A DNA stretch of 64,000 nucleotides from Amoebophrya sp. A120 (Eukaryota > Protista > Dinoflagellata), in the NCBI GenBank assembly GCA_905178155.1, contig CAJINV010000013.1:2724158-2788157 (forward strand), written 5' to 3'. The notes below the pieces were generated by a model. It was not told the origin of the DNA, searched no databases, and saw nothing but the letters and a program-made list of their open reading frames with translations. Position 1 is the first letter of the stretch; the number at the start of each line of letters is the position of its first letter. The position numbers were made by a program, and so were the translations under genes. Below are positions 48,175 to 59,748 of the stretch, in pieces.

Positions 48175-49237
48175 TGTTCTTTTTGGCTCTTCGCTGGAGA
48201 AATCGACCAGAGTTGTTCGTATCCTCTTGGGTAGAAGAAAAAAACCAAAGGAAACGACTTAAATCAGGTTGTAAGAAGAGCTGGTGATAAAGCCCTTTTA
48301 CAAAAGATGAGAGGTCAGAAATCTACTTAAATTGTATATGGGGAGAGCAAATTATGACAGCACTGTCGCCACGCAATCTGCACTTACTTTGATGTAGAAA
48401 CACAATGAGGAGGCAGCTACCTACACGACCCTAGCAGTGGTCCTAGCCGCAGTACGAAATTTTGCGGGCGTCGTGAAATTGGAAACTAGACGCAAGTGGA
48501 CGAATTTTTGCCGATGGATGGAATTCATCTTGCAATCGAAACGATAAACGACTACTAGTTCTTCTTCTTCCGACCGTCACGACATGAGGAAAAAAATGCA
48601 AAATCTCTTTACCGAAAGCCGCAATTGAGATTGCGGTTTCTGCCAAACGAAATTGTGTCCTTTCACCACAACAAAACAACCGATGCCTGTAAAAATACTC
48701 GTCTTCTTGTTCTTACCCAGGTCCGATTTTCACTGTGTTGTTGCAAGGCAAATAAACGCAGCACGACCGACATTTCCTGTCATTGTATGTACGAAGGTAC
48801 TTGTACTCAAGATTCGAAGCAGAGTTTTCCTAGAACTCAACTTTTTTGTCCGGCTGGAGGCGATAGGCATAAGTAACATGTACGAGGCTGCCGGTACGAC
48901 GAGAGACAGAGGACTCAGTGAACGCAATTATACTGCATAATCTCGTGCTCGTCTGAATACGTCTTTTGTATATCATTCGGATGAAAAGCGAGAGTCTTTG
49001 CATAGCACTTACAAGTACGCAGCTCCGATTCATTCTTCTCTTTCACGAGTTATGCGTTTGCTTTTTGAATGGATAAATGTTCAAACAGTTTTTGATGGCT
49101 TTTTGACATTCATGATCGGTCTCTTCCGCATACATTTCAAAAGTAGAGGGACGACTGTGAACAGTAGAGGGACGACTACAGTGAAGATCCTGAGTATGAT
49201 GAAGATCATACTAGATCCCGTTCTTCATATTCACAGT

Positions 49238-52200
49238 TCACAGTTCTTCTCTTTCCTTCGGCGTCCGCCACACATTCAAGGCCATGTCTCTTCTCGCAGA
49301 GGCCATGGGCTGCTTTTCCCCAGCCTGCTTGGCAAATTGCCGGTTGGATTTCTTGTAGGGCTTTTCGAGGAAGCTCCTCTCCAGCTGGATCGCCATGCTG
49401 AAACGCGATTCCTGCGTGCCGATGAAAAAGTCCGCCCGGTATCAAGAAGAAAAATCCCCCCGCGCCATATCAAAACGGAAATCTGTGATGCTGATTTGCA
49501 GTCGCAAATCAGCTTTGTGATGCTAGAAGGGAAAAGATGCGGACTGTAGTGCTGGGTGGCGTGGGGAAGCCTTGCATCTTCAGCATGACAGAAAGCAACT
49601 GGAAGTGGGAAACAGCATGACAAATTTCCTGCAAACGAGGCCACGACTGCGGCTCTTGGCCTTCTAGCATTACGAGTCGATTTGTGTACTTACTCAAATA
49701 CCGCATCAGAAATTTCGGTGTCGATATGGGGTGGGGGGATTTTTCCATTTGATACCCGGCTCGCAATCCACATCTCGACGATGCTCTGCTTGCCCGGGTG
49801 CTGCAGCGTTTCCCGGTGCGCGTCCGAGGTTTCCTGGTAGTCGAAAAACACCAGATCGGACGCGGTTTTCTTGGTTTTTTTGCTTGTTTTTGTTCCACCG
49901 GCGTCCGCGTCGCTATCCTCTTCGTCCAGTTTGTCTAACACGTCCTCACCGTTGAAGAGCAGCATGGCCTCCTCCTTCTCCGCCTTGGTGGCGTCGGTCG
50001 CGATGAAGATCTTCTGCAACTTCGTCTCCTTCTGCAGCGCCTTCAGCTGCGTCACGATCGAATCCCAGTCAGCTGTGGTCGAGGCCCGGGACTTGACGAA
50101 ATCTGACCGACGACAATGCGCGGCAATAAACTTGGTACCTGTACTAGTGTCGTAGATTTTTGAAGTACAGCTGTTGTTGCATCAATATTTCTTCGTGCAC
50201 CAAAGAAAAAGATAACAGCATGATCAGCTCATCACATGAACATGAACATGATCATGAAGTCGCATGTCTCTATACCTCCAAACTTTTCCCGCATAAACTC
50301 CTCCCCGATGGTTCGCAGATCTTTGTGAAAATGGACCGACTCCCGTAAGCCAATGCCGTCCAAGGCGGAGATGTCCGGAATCGCCAAGTAGTCGTAGTGT
50401 TTGATCAGCACGGTCGAAACGTCCTTGTTGCCATCGTCGAGCATGTCGACAATGCCCTGCGCGAACGGCGTTTTGATGATCCCACACTTCACATTCGTCG
50501 TCACGACCCCCTTGTCGCAATACCCCGCATAGACGACCCGTTTTTCGTCTTTCTCCTCACTATTTTCCACGTCTTGCACAACTCCGGTTATCAGAGAGAA
50601 GTAGTAGAACACCTACTCCCTCGCCCTTCTTCACGATAATTTTTACAGGAAATGCAAAGCAAGCGAAACAAGGACAAGATAGAAAGCCAAGAGTGATACA
50701 ATAAATCTGCTCTCGCATGAAAAGAAACGAAGAGCACAGACGCACGGATAGATTGTAGAAGCGCCATCCACCTGCAGCTCTGGCGCCGGGCGCCTCATGC
50801 AACAAACATGGCCACAGCACTCCTGAGCTCCTTGAGCAGCACATCAAGTGTACTAGGCACGTCGACTATGTTCGTGCCTCTTCACGATTTTTCTCGAGTT
50901 GACGACGGAGGGGAAGATCTTCCTGTGCACTCGGATCATACCGCCCTTTGCCTTGTCACAATCGGTGTAGTCGTTCTGCGACCACCCGACAAAGTCGTCC
51001 CCGGGGTTTTTCCCGGGTGAAATCATCCCGTACCTTTGCTCAACGTCGTAGAAAATGACGCGGTCGATTTTGTTGGAATTGTTCAGCGCTTGCTGGGACA
51101 GCTCGTGATACTCGATCACGGAGAATGGCAGCTGCTTCAACATGTCAATGTCGAACAGTTCGCCCCAGGGTAGTTTCTGCAGGCGGTTGGGCAAGTCGTA
51201 GTTCCGCCAGTGCGCCAGCCGGCACCAGGGGGGCAGCACAATCCCCCACAGGACGCAATCCGGGGTCTTCCCGAGGGAACCCGACTCCCCGCACCGGTCT
51301 TCGATACGAAAGTTTAGCATCGCCACCGCGTGCGCGACGCGGGGAAACACTTCCCGCTGGAGGTTAAACCCCTCGCCATACTTCGTGTCATACAAGAGCC
51401 AGCGCCGGTTCTTGCTGGTGGTAGATGTTGAGTCCGTTTCTGCTGCATCAGTACTATCATCTGCAGCGCTGCCGCTATCGTGGAGAATTACCTTGTTCGT
51501 TCCCAAGGTGTCCGTCTCCTTCGCCTTTGGGTCTTTCTGCTTGGTCGGCGGATTTTTCAGCGCGTCTAAAACGTGGTCCAGCCCCGCTTGGTCGTCGGCC
51601 AACACGGCGGGCTCTTTCTTCTTCTTTTTCTTGCCTTCTTTTCCAGCTTTCGACGCTATTGCTGTAGGTTTTTTCGTCTTTCCCGAAGTAGAAGATGTCG
51701 CGGTAGAAGTGGTACTTGTGCTGGTACTAGTACTTCTTTCTGGTTTATCTTTCCCGGGTATCTCCTTTGTGCACTTGGATACGCACTGCGCCATCGGTCT
51801 GCGCATGGCTTTGTCGTAGCACATACAACTAGGCCCAACCTCCGGTGGCTCGGGCGTATCCGTGCACGCCGCGCCGCCACGCGACATTTGGAAGTTGCCC
51901 TTGCCCATAACTCCCTCGCACCAGGTCTGGCACGTGTTCAAGTCGGCATTATCGGGACACGGGTGAATCAACCCAGTTGTCGAATCAACAGCGGGGGCGA
52001 CGGCCGGCGCAGAAGGAGTACTAGCAGAGGCCACTTTCTTTTTCATCTCTGCGGCTTTTTTCTTGTCGAGGTTTTTTTCGGAATTCGAAGTTTTCTTGGT
52101 TCCCGCCATTTTCTTGTGCAGAGCCTGTTCGTCGTCGCCACTATCGTCGGTGTCTAGGTCGTCTAAGTCATCGTCATCTTCTGCGGTGGTCTCCGCTTCG

Positions 52201-55200
52201 GCGTCGATTTTCATCTTCGCTGCTTTTGTTTTACTTTTGATGTTCCCTTTCGTTGTCTTTGTACTGCTCTCTACAACTTTTTCGTTCTGCAATTTCTTCT
52301 CTACAAACTTGACGAACTCGTCCTGTTTCCGGCCCCCCTCGAACTTCTCGATTATCCTGAGTAAAAACGTCCCCACACCAGAGTTAAGCTGGGAAATCTG
52401 CTAGACAAATCTATCAGTTTTTGCTGTTGCGCATGACAAATTTGGCCTCGCAGTGTAATCCTGTTTAGCTTGTTTAGCAGCATCACAGATCTAGCACATC
52501 ATGCTGATTCTAGCATCACAAATCCAAAAACACGACTAGAGACTGCTTCTCATGGGTCTCCGCATGAGAAACATGCTCAGCGTGCAGATTTGCATTACAA
52601 CTCTGGGGTGGGGACGTTTTTACAAATGATATCGATATCCTTCGCTTTATCCGCCGGGTACCAGTAGATGGTCGGGTACCCACTTATGCTCGGCATCACC
52701 TTCTATCAACTGTAAAAATGTCTGGGTCTGGAAGAATTCGAATTTGTGATGCGAAGTCTACATCATGAGAAAATCTGTCATGCATGGCTAGCAAAAGGCC
52801 CCACTTCTTGTTTCCGAGAGCCGGGATTTGTCATGCGGATTAGGCATTGGGATATCTGCTCAAAATCTGTGATGCTAGAGCTTGTATTCCAGACGATTTG
52901 GGTCATGCAAAATCTGCATGACAGATTTCGCATTCTTCCAGACCCAGACATTTTTGCAGTTGATACCTTCCGTGCGTCCGTTTGCGTCGCGTCCATCTTG
53001 GCGATCAGGACGCTCTCGTTCTTCTCGAAGTGCTTCGCCACCTTCTTCCACACCGGCGCCAGGGCTTTGCAGTGTCCGCACCAGGGCGCGTAAAACTCGA
53101 CCAGGAGGGCCTGCTGCCGGTTCTCCACGATAGCTTCCCAGTTGGACCCCGTCAGCGTGACCACCACGTCCTTCTCGGCTTTTAGTGTCTTGCTCCCCCA
53201 GGCCTTCGCGAACTCCTGAATCTCGCTCTTCGTGATCTTCTTCAGGTTCGGGGGTTTCTTGCCGCCTTTCGTGGACGGGTCGTTTGCCTTGCCAAAATGG
53301 TACACCTGGGTGGGGGTAGGGGAGGGGTAGTTAGTACTACACGAGGTTTATCTTTTTACCCGCAACCTTTACTTGCAACATGTTGGAAAGAATTCTGATC
53401 AGCCTAAGAACGCTAACGAGCTGCAAGCAGTTTACACACTTATACGTAAACACCTTATCTTCGTCTTCGGTCTCACCGAATTCCCAGATAAAAAACGCTG
53501 GCGCCTGGGTATCACTCGAAATGTGCTTCACAAAGTCGTCCCCCCATGTGCCGGTTTTTGCCGCCACCCACTTTAGTTGTCTTTGGGCAGTGTCTTCAGA
53601 CGTGTTCTTTGCTTTGTCCTTTTCCAAAGTCCAGTCCTGCGCCGCGCGGTAAGCTTGCTCGAAAAGGTGCACATCGGACGCTGCGTCGCCGTACACAACG
53701 GCGAGCGCCTTCCCGGGCGCAGTGTCGTGCAGGAAGAGCGACTCGTTCTCCTGCGCGGCCGTAATCAGGTACTTTCCGGCCTGGTTGACCTTGATCCAGG
53801 AGAGAAGGTTTTTACCGCTTGTTCCTTCTTCCGCGATCTCAGGACTTGTAGTGTCGCGGTACACGACGCCAGAATCAAGAATTACATCTGTACGTTTAAA
53901 ATATCCCGCTTTTTCGGATATCACCGCAGTGCAAAGGTACGTCTACGTTGATCTTGATCATGTTCTTGCTATATACGAAAATAGTCAGAAACAAAAAGCA
54001 GGCGAACAATGTTGCACAACAGAAGTAGTTGAAGTACAAAATGAACACGGGCGATCAAGTAGGTGCTGGCGTCATTACTAGTATAAATATGGAGGAGGCA
54101 ATGGCACCCTGATAGATCAAATTGTACCGTTCCGGAGCAGATACGTCCCGACTTTTCCCTTCGCCAATTTCAGCGCAAAGTCGTCCCACTTTTTCCAATC
54201 CGGCTTTTTCTTTATCTGCTTTACCAGCGACTTCAGCAGCTGCGAATCCTTTTCCACATACACAACCGGAAAGTCTTGGTCCTTCGCATTCGCAACCGGT
54301 CGTGGGTTCAACACAAACCCCGCGCCGGCCAGCTCCTGAATCCCTGCATCGCCGGCCACATCCGGCTCGATCTCGGTGCCTTATGCATTGCAAATATGTC
54401 TGGGTCTGGAAGGTTGGAACTTGTAATGCAGGTTTTCCATGACCCATGAGGTCTGGAATGCCGAACCTAGCATGGCAGAGTCTGTGAGGTCTCTGTCATG
54501 CCTCTCCTGCATGAGAAACTCCCTCCCAACTTGGTTGAAAGTGGACAACTTTTGGCACTCACGCAACCCAGATTTTTGCATGATTCGGATTTAGCATGAC
54601 AAGTTCGCATTCCTCCAGACCCAGACATATTTGCAATGCATATACCTACGTGCAGAACCACGAAGGGTTTCTTCATCAGTTTCTCGACCACCGCGGATGC
54701 GGACACCTCGGCGGCGTCAAATTGCTGGAAAAACGGTTTCTCATTTTCGTACTTCCCGGTCACGTATTTTTTGAAGGAAGCCGCGTCCCGTTTTCCGTTG
54801 TACCGCACGTAGTAGTTCTGGTTTCGGTAGAAAAGGAGCAATGTGGGAAACCCGGTCACCGCAAACTTTCCCGCCAGGTCCTTCTCCACCGTGGCGTCAG
54901 CTTTGGCAATTTTGATGCTACCTTCCTCGCCCGTTTCTTCGCCCCAGGAAACTACCTCGGTCGCAAGCTTGTCCCAGTCCGGAATCAGCTTTTTACAGTG
55001 CCCACACCAAGGAGCGTAGAACTTTACGAAGGTAAGAGTGCTGGACTCGAGCGTGTCATCGAAATCAGCGGACGTTAGCTCGAGAACAGCAGCGGTGGTC
55101 GAGACAACCAGAGAATTACTTTTGGTGAGACTTGATCCGCAAAAGGACCACTTTACCACGCAAGAAAAAAGCATTCTTGCGCTGAACCCTCGCGGCCAAC

Positions 55201-55237
55201 CGCGACCGCTAGAAGCGGCTCTTTGCAGTTGCGCCAT
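49238..55237 (-). CDS. POFUT2: Protein disulfide isomerase (two WCGHC thioredoxin domains) fused to a POFUT2-type GDP-fucose protein O-fucosyltransferase, C-terminal REEL
   Basis: FYAPWCGHCK occurs twice; POFUT2 motifs RRWLLYDTKYGEGFNLQREVF, IVLPPW, RESVHFHKDL, IAAHCRRSDF, IFIATDA, IVEMWIASRADFFIGTQESRFS. The end of Trx domain 2 (IEKFEGGRKQDEFVKFV) and the POFUT2 N-terminus lie in the same ORF 50853-52376. Confidence 0.88.
49440..49754. mobile_element. Introner family A (315 bp), TSD cccgg, opposite orientation to the 1655 copy
   Basis: TIR tatcaagaagaaaaatccccccg / gggggatttttccatttgata; removal restores WIASR-ADFFIGT. Confidence 0.93.
52353..52631. mobile_element. Introner family C (279 bp), TSD tcgat, opposite orientation to the 4532 copy
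   Basis: TIR tatcctgagtaaaaacgtccccacaccagagt / actctggggtggggacgtttttacaaatgata; removal restores KAKDI-EKFEGGR. Confidence 0.92.
52704..52965. mobile_element. Introner family B (262 bp), TSD ccttc
   Basis: TIR tatcaactgtaaaaatgtctgggtctggaagaat / attcttccagacccagacatttttgcagttgata; removal restores TDARK-VMPSISGYPTI. Confidence 0.94.
54382..54642. mobile_element. Introner family B (261 bp), TSD tgcct/tacct
   Basis: TIR tatgcattgcaaatatgtctgggtctgga / tccagacccagacatatttgcaatgcata; removal restores VLHVG-TEIEPD. Confidence 0.93.
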
Positions 55238-55796
55238 GTTATTTGTTTTTGTTCCCCTTCCGTGCCGCGACTTTACCGCTTCCCTTCGCAGTCGAAGTTC
55301 GAATGACAGCGCGAACTTATTGCGATCGAAGAGAAAACTTGCCTCTTCGTTGTTACCAGGAAACCAGCCTCATCTTCAGTTTTACTTCATATGACGATCT
55401 CACAACCGCACATTCTAACTTCCTGTTCCTGCTCCGGCTACAACTTCATACATAAATAAAGAGTCCCATGGCACAACTCCACGAGTGGCATAATTTCATC
55501 ATCATTTCACATTCTTTCATTATAGAAGGCCGCATGTTCATTTGCCATGAAAAAGGTACATCGAGCGTTTTGGCCGCAGGTGGTGTGCATGATCGAACGA
55601 GGATCTTGCAAGCATCGAACCGATGAAGACATCATGTTCACGGAAAGCATCAAATAGAAAACCAGGACCGAGTTGTCACTTTGCGAAGCACCAAGAACTA
55701 AAAGAAATACAGCACACAGCATGAAAACTCTTGGAAAAAAGAAACAGATCGATGACCCATTTCATTTGATACTTGTTCGGTTTTGAAGATCTAAAA

Positions 55797-55954
55797 GTTG
55801 AAAGGGCACACGGCACGACTGCAACGCAAGCTGCTCTATCGTGCAACGAATTTTATCACAGTGATGATTTTACTGCTCTACAGCGGGAAGTGAAGTACCG
55901 CGACCGCCGAGCAAGTGCCGTTTTTTTTCCTTTCCTACAACTGCAAGGTCATGA
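55797..55954. repeat. Intergenic dispersed repeat of about 160 bp, copy 1
   Basis: Aligns by eye with 58830-58994 (shared blocks tgcaacgaattttat, gctctacagc, gtgaagtaccgcgaccgccg, aactgcaag.tcatga). Confidence 0.85.
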
Positions 55955-56898
55955 TTCAAAAGTTGCTTGGCGTAAGATGTAGCTATCTGAAAAGATAGTT
56001 CTGTTTCTTCGTGATTCAAAAGTTGCAGTTAGAGTTATATGAGAAAAAAAATTAGCTCGGGGAAGTTGTAAAGACGTGCTGTAAAAATGAACAGTGCAAT
56101 TTATTTTGGTACTATGAGCTTGTTTGTTTGTTGATTTGTTCAGGATGGTCACATGGAACCGCTTGAAAGGTGGTCTTTCCTCATCCTCTCATGTGTCTAG
56201 CGCTATTTCAATAAAAACGAACGACTTGGTGGAGCTCCTTTGGCTCCCACCTCAGAAAAAGGAACTGCTGCCGAGAACGAGAAAAATTTTTTGTTAGGAA
56301 GAGCCTGCTACTGGATAAAAATAAAATGGTTGCTACTGAAGTTTTTAAAAGGTTGTACGTGGTAAAGCTGTAAGAAGAACGCTGCTGATTAAAAGTCTTT
56401 TAAGATCTAAAACTTGAGTCTGAGTTTTGTTGCTTTAAAAATCTAAAACTTGAAGCTTCTTGCAGTTGTCGAAAGATTTGGGTTTGGGGCTTATCATACA
56501 TTGCAGTTCAAAATCAAAGAAAGACGAAAGAACTGCGAGGACGAGGACGGGGGAAAGAGCATTTTTGATGTGAGATGAAAAAAAGTTCTAAAGATAAAGT
56601 AAGTTTATGTTATGCTAAACAGTAAAAAAAATAAAGGTGTGAAAATTACATGAGGAATCGATCGCAAACATCATCGTCATCATTTATCCTGCACTAGGGG
56701 GGGACGTGCGGAGGGGTTGGGGTTCGAGTTCGTTTCAAACTGCATCTCGGGGTTGTGTCACAGCAGCTTCGCACATCTTCGTGTTTCGTCGTTTACTACG
56801 AACGAAACATTCAAAAAAAAAAAACGGTGAGTTCCGTAGTGCACCCTGATCATCTTGTCGCTGAAGACAATGAGAAGACAACATTTGTCATCTTTTCT

Positions 56899-58217
56899 CT
56901 AGCGCTGGCCCTCCAGTTCCTTCTCTGTTAGGGTGACCAGGCCGCAGGAGTGTCTCCGTGTGAGGAACCAGTTCTGCCGATCAGCGTCTTCGTATTCCTG
57001 CGCGGCCCGCTCGCACCACATTTCGTCTTCGGGGTCATTCTCCGGCGTCCCCCGGCGGCAACACACGCCCTTCGTGCGCCGCTTCACCCCCTCCGAAAGC
57101 GTGGACCGGTCCGGGTCCAACCCACACGTCTCGTCGCAGAGCCCGCCGTGGCCGCCGCAGGCGTCGTAGCAATCTCCGCCCGAAAGTTCAAGCGTCGTCG
57201 CACGAGAGTCGCCGCTCGCAGAGCCGTCGACCATCCGCGGCCCGTTCGGATCCGGCGCGCAGCCCAGACCCACGTAACGGTGACAGGCCCCGTTTTCCTC
57301 GTACCGCACTTGGTGGTAAATCAGCTTCAGATAATCGTATTTCGTCTCTTCCAAATCGAAGCCGCCCCGCGACCGGCTCACGACCGCATCCAAGCATTCC
57401 TCCCGCGACGCTTTCTGCATCACCGGCTTTCGGTGTTGCGCGCACTCGTCCGCGTACGCTTTGATGTACGTCGAGTTTCCGCGATTCACCGCAAACTTGA
57501 TTTGATTCCACTCGCAGTCGAGGCGCTGCAGATTGCCACCCCGCAACTCATTTTTGAAACCGAAGATCTCCACACAGGTCTCCTCCCAGTTCGGGAACCA
57601 AGCGTCATGTCCAGTGGGATTCACCTGGACTGTGAGAGGACCAAGGTGGTAGGCATTTTGGTCGTCGTGTGTGCGGTCTTCAAACTGCGCATCCTCCGCC
57701 ACCCAGGGATTGTAATCCTTGTCGTAGCGATTGTAGAGCGTGCCCTCGGAGTCTTTGTAACGGGCGACCAGATCCGCGACCTGCTGCGGCGTCAGGCCAT
57801 AGGTAGTGCCGAAAACGATGTTGTTTTTACTCACAGTGGCAGGAGGCGTCGAAGCGGTCGTAGAAGGAGGAGACGCCGTTTCTTGCCGGCGACGACTCGT
57901 TGTACTAGAACGCCGGCGTCGACTACCACGCCGGCGCGAGCTGGACGCGTTTGAGGCGACTTCCGCAAACGACGCGGAAGTTGTACTAGCCCGACTACCG
58001 GTCGTGGGCGACGGCAGATGTTGAACTCCCCGCAGTCACTGTGCTTCCCCGAGTCTGCCGCGCCAGGCAGAGGAGGGGTCGGGCTGCCAAGCGGGCGATG
58101 TTTTTTGTCCCGGGCGAGCAGCGATTTCATCTTCCTCCCCTGCGAAGAGGACTCCACGACCTGGCCTGTCGAGCCCGCAAGCAGGGCCGTCGTGGAAAAA
58201 ATGGAGGACTTCTTCAT
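56899..58217 (-). CDS. Probable secreted Cys-rich protein
   Basis: ATG 58217 MKKSSIFSTTALLAG leader; main ORF 56899-57834 has CYDACGGHGGLCDETCG...GVCCRRG. A frame change near 58020-58080 (small intron or indel) is needed to join them. Confidence 0.6.
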
Positions 58218-58829
58218 TTTTCCTTGTCCTTCAAACTCCTGCAAACGGCAAAACTACTCCAACCACAGTAATTGCCGTACAAACTTGAAGATTCTTGTTT
58301 GTCCACTTGATAGCCGCAGCAAACAGAACGAGTTTCAGCTCGATCCGTTCGAGGACGGTTGAAAAAACGAGGGGTGAGTGTTGAGGTGCTGTTGATGGAA
58401 ATGGGAAACTTACTCTACTACTGATTCTACTTCTTTCCGTGCCGCACAGGGAGACGTTCGAAAAGTCATTTTGTTTGTTTGAGGACGGTAAAAATCAGAA
58501 AAAAAAAATTACGACGAACGACAAGTCTGAAGGGCGCCGACGAGGGAGGGAAAGAAAATGAGCGTAAGCAGCAACAAAAGCCACATGATGATGATGCTGG
58601 CAGTGTGCCCTTTAGCGGACTGCTGCGCGCTACTCCCTCCTCCAGCCCGAGAGCAGCTGAACGCCGATCTTCTATGACGAACAGTTGATCTATACCATAA
58701 GGGCGCGGCTGTTGGTACGAAAATTATTTCGGAATACGAGGGATCCTTAGTACGACGATCGGTCATAGATGAAGATGCACGAGTGGGGACGAGGACGATT
58801 ACATAGTTCTGAATATACCTCACTTTAAT

Positions 58830-58994
58830 GTTGAAGGGGCACACCACACGACTGCGCCGCAAGCGCAAGCTGTTTCAGTTTCTGCAACGAATTTTATAAC
58901 AGTGCCGATTTTACCGCTCTACAGCAGAAGGTGAAGTACCGCGACCGCCGCGTAAGCGCCGCTTTTTTCTTTTCCAAAAACTGCAAGATCATGA
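58830..58994. repeat. Intergenic dispersed repeat of about 165 bp, copy 2
   Basis: Same-orientation match to 55797-55954. Confidence 0.85.
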
Positions 58995-59748
58995 AACTTG
59001 TCTTCATTTTCACAGCCCTCCCTGCTTCCAAAAAGTCCACAGGCTCAGGAGAAAGATGTTGTTTTTTACGCCACCAGGGTGCTCTTTCTCTTCTCTTCGC
59101 ACAGATTCAAGGAGTGATATGCTAATAGATTACAGGCACTGTAAATCATGCTGTGAAGGTGGAGCAAGACGTGGAGATAGTGTACACATATTTTTTTTTC
59201 TTGAAGATGAGGTTTCGGAAACAATAAACGAATAAACGCGTGATCAAACTTGTACAGTGGATGATAATTCTTGTTCAAATTTTGCAGTAAATCACCACAA
59301 GCCCGCCCTCAAAGCGCTAGCGTGCGTATCAGATCCAAATCCAATCGTAACAATGATAAATTTTGCGTAAATACAATTACAAACAAGTCTCAAATAACAA
59401 TGACAATACAGTGTAAAATTTTCATGTTCAAATTCAAACAAAGTGGTTTCTATTAAAACCTTATAGACTTTTCAACACAAATCCGTCGCGCAATTCTTGT
59501 ACTTGTTGTTCTCATCACACTACACGTCGCACGAAAGAATGCTCAAATTGCAAACTTCGCTACGGCTACAGCATGAGTGATGAGCTTAATGACGATATTA
59601 TTGAAACATAAGCAGATAGCTCCTAACTGTTCCACATTTTCATTTACTTTAGGTAAGTTGACAATAACCCACCATGTGTTCACGCTCCTTGGTTACTGCT
59701 GCACGTTCGTATGAACCAAAACCAGTCGATTGCAGAGCGACCGTCAAC

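Noticed and set aside
49142-49185. Short tandem duplication agtagagggacgact downstream of the POFUT2 stop
   Set aside because: A two-copy local duplication in a probable 3' UTR with no further structure.
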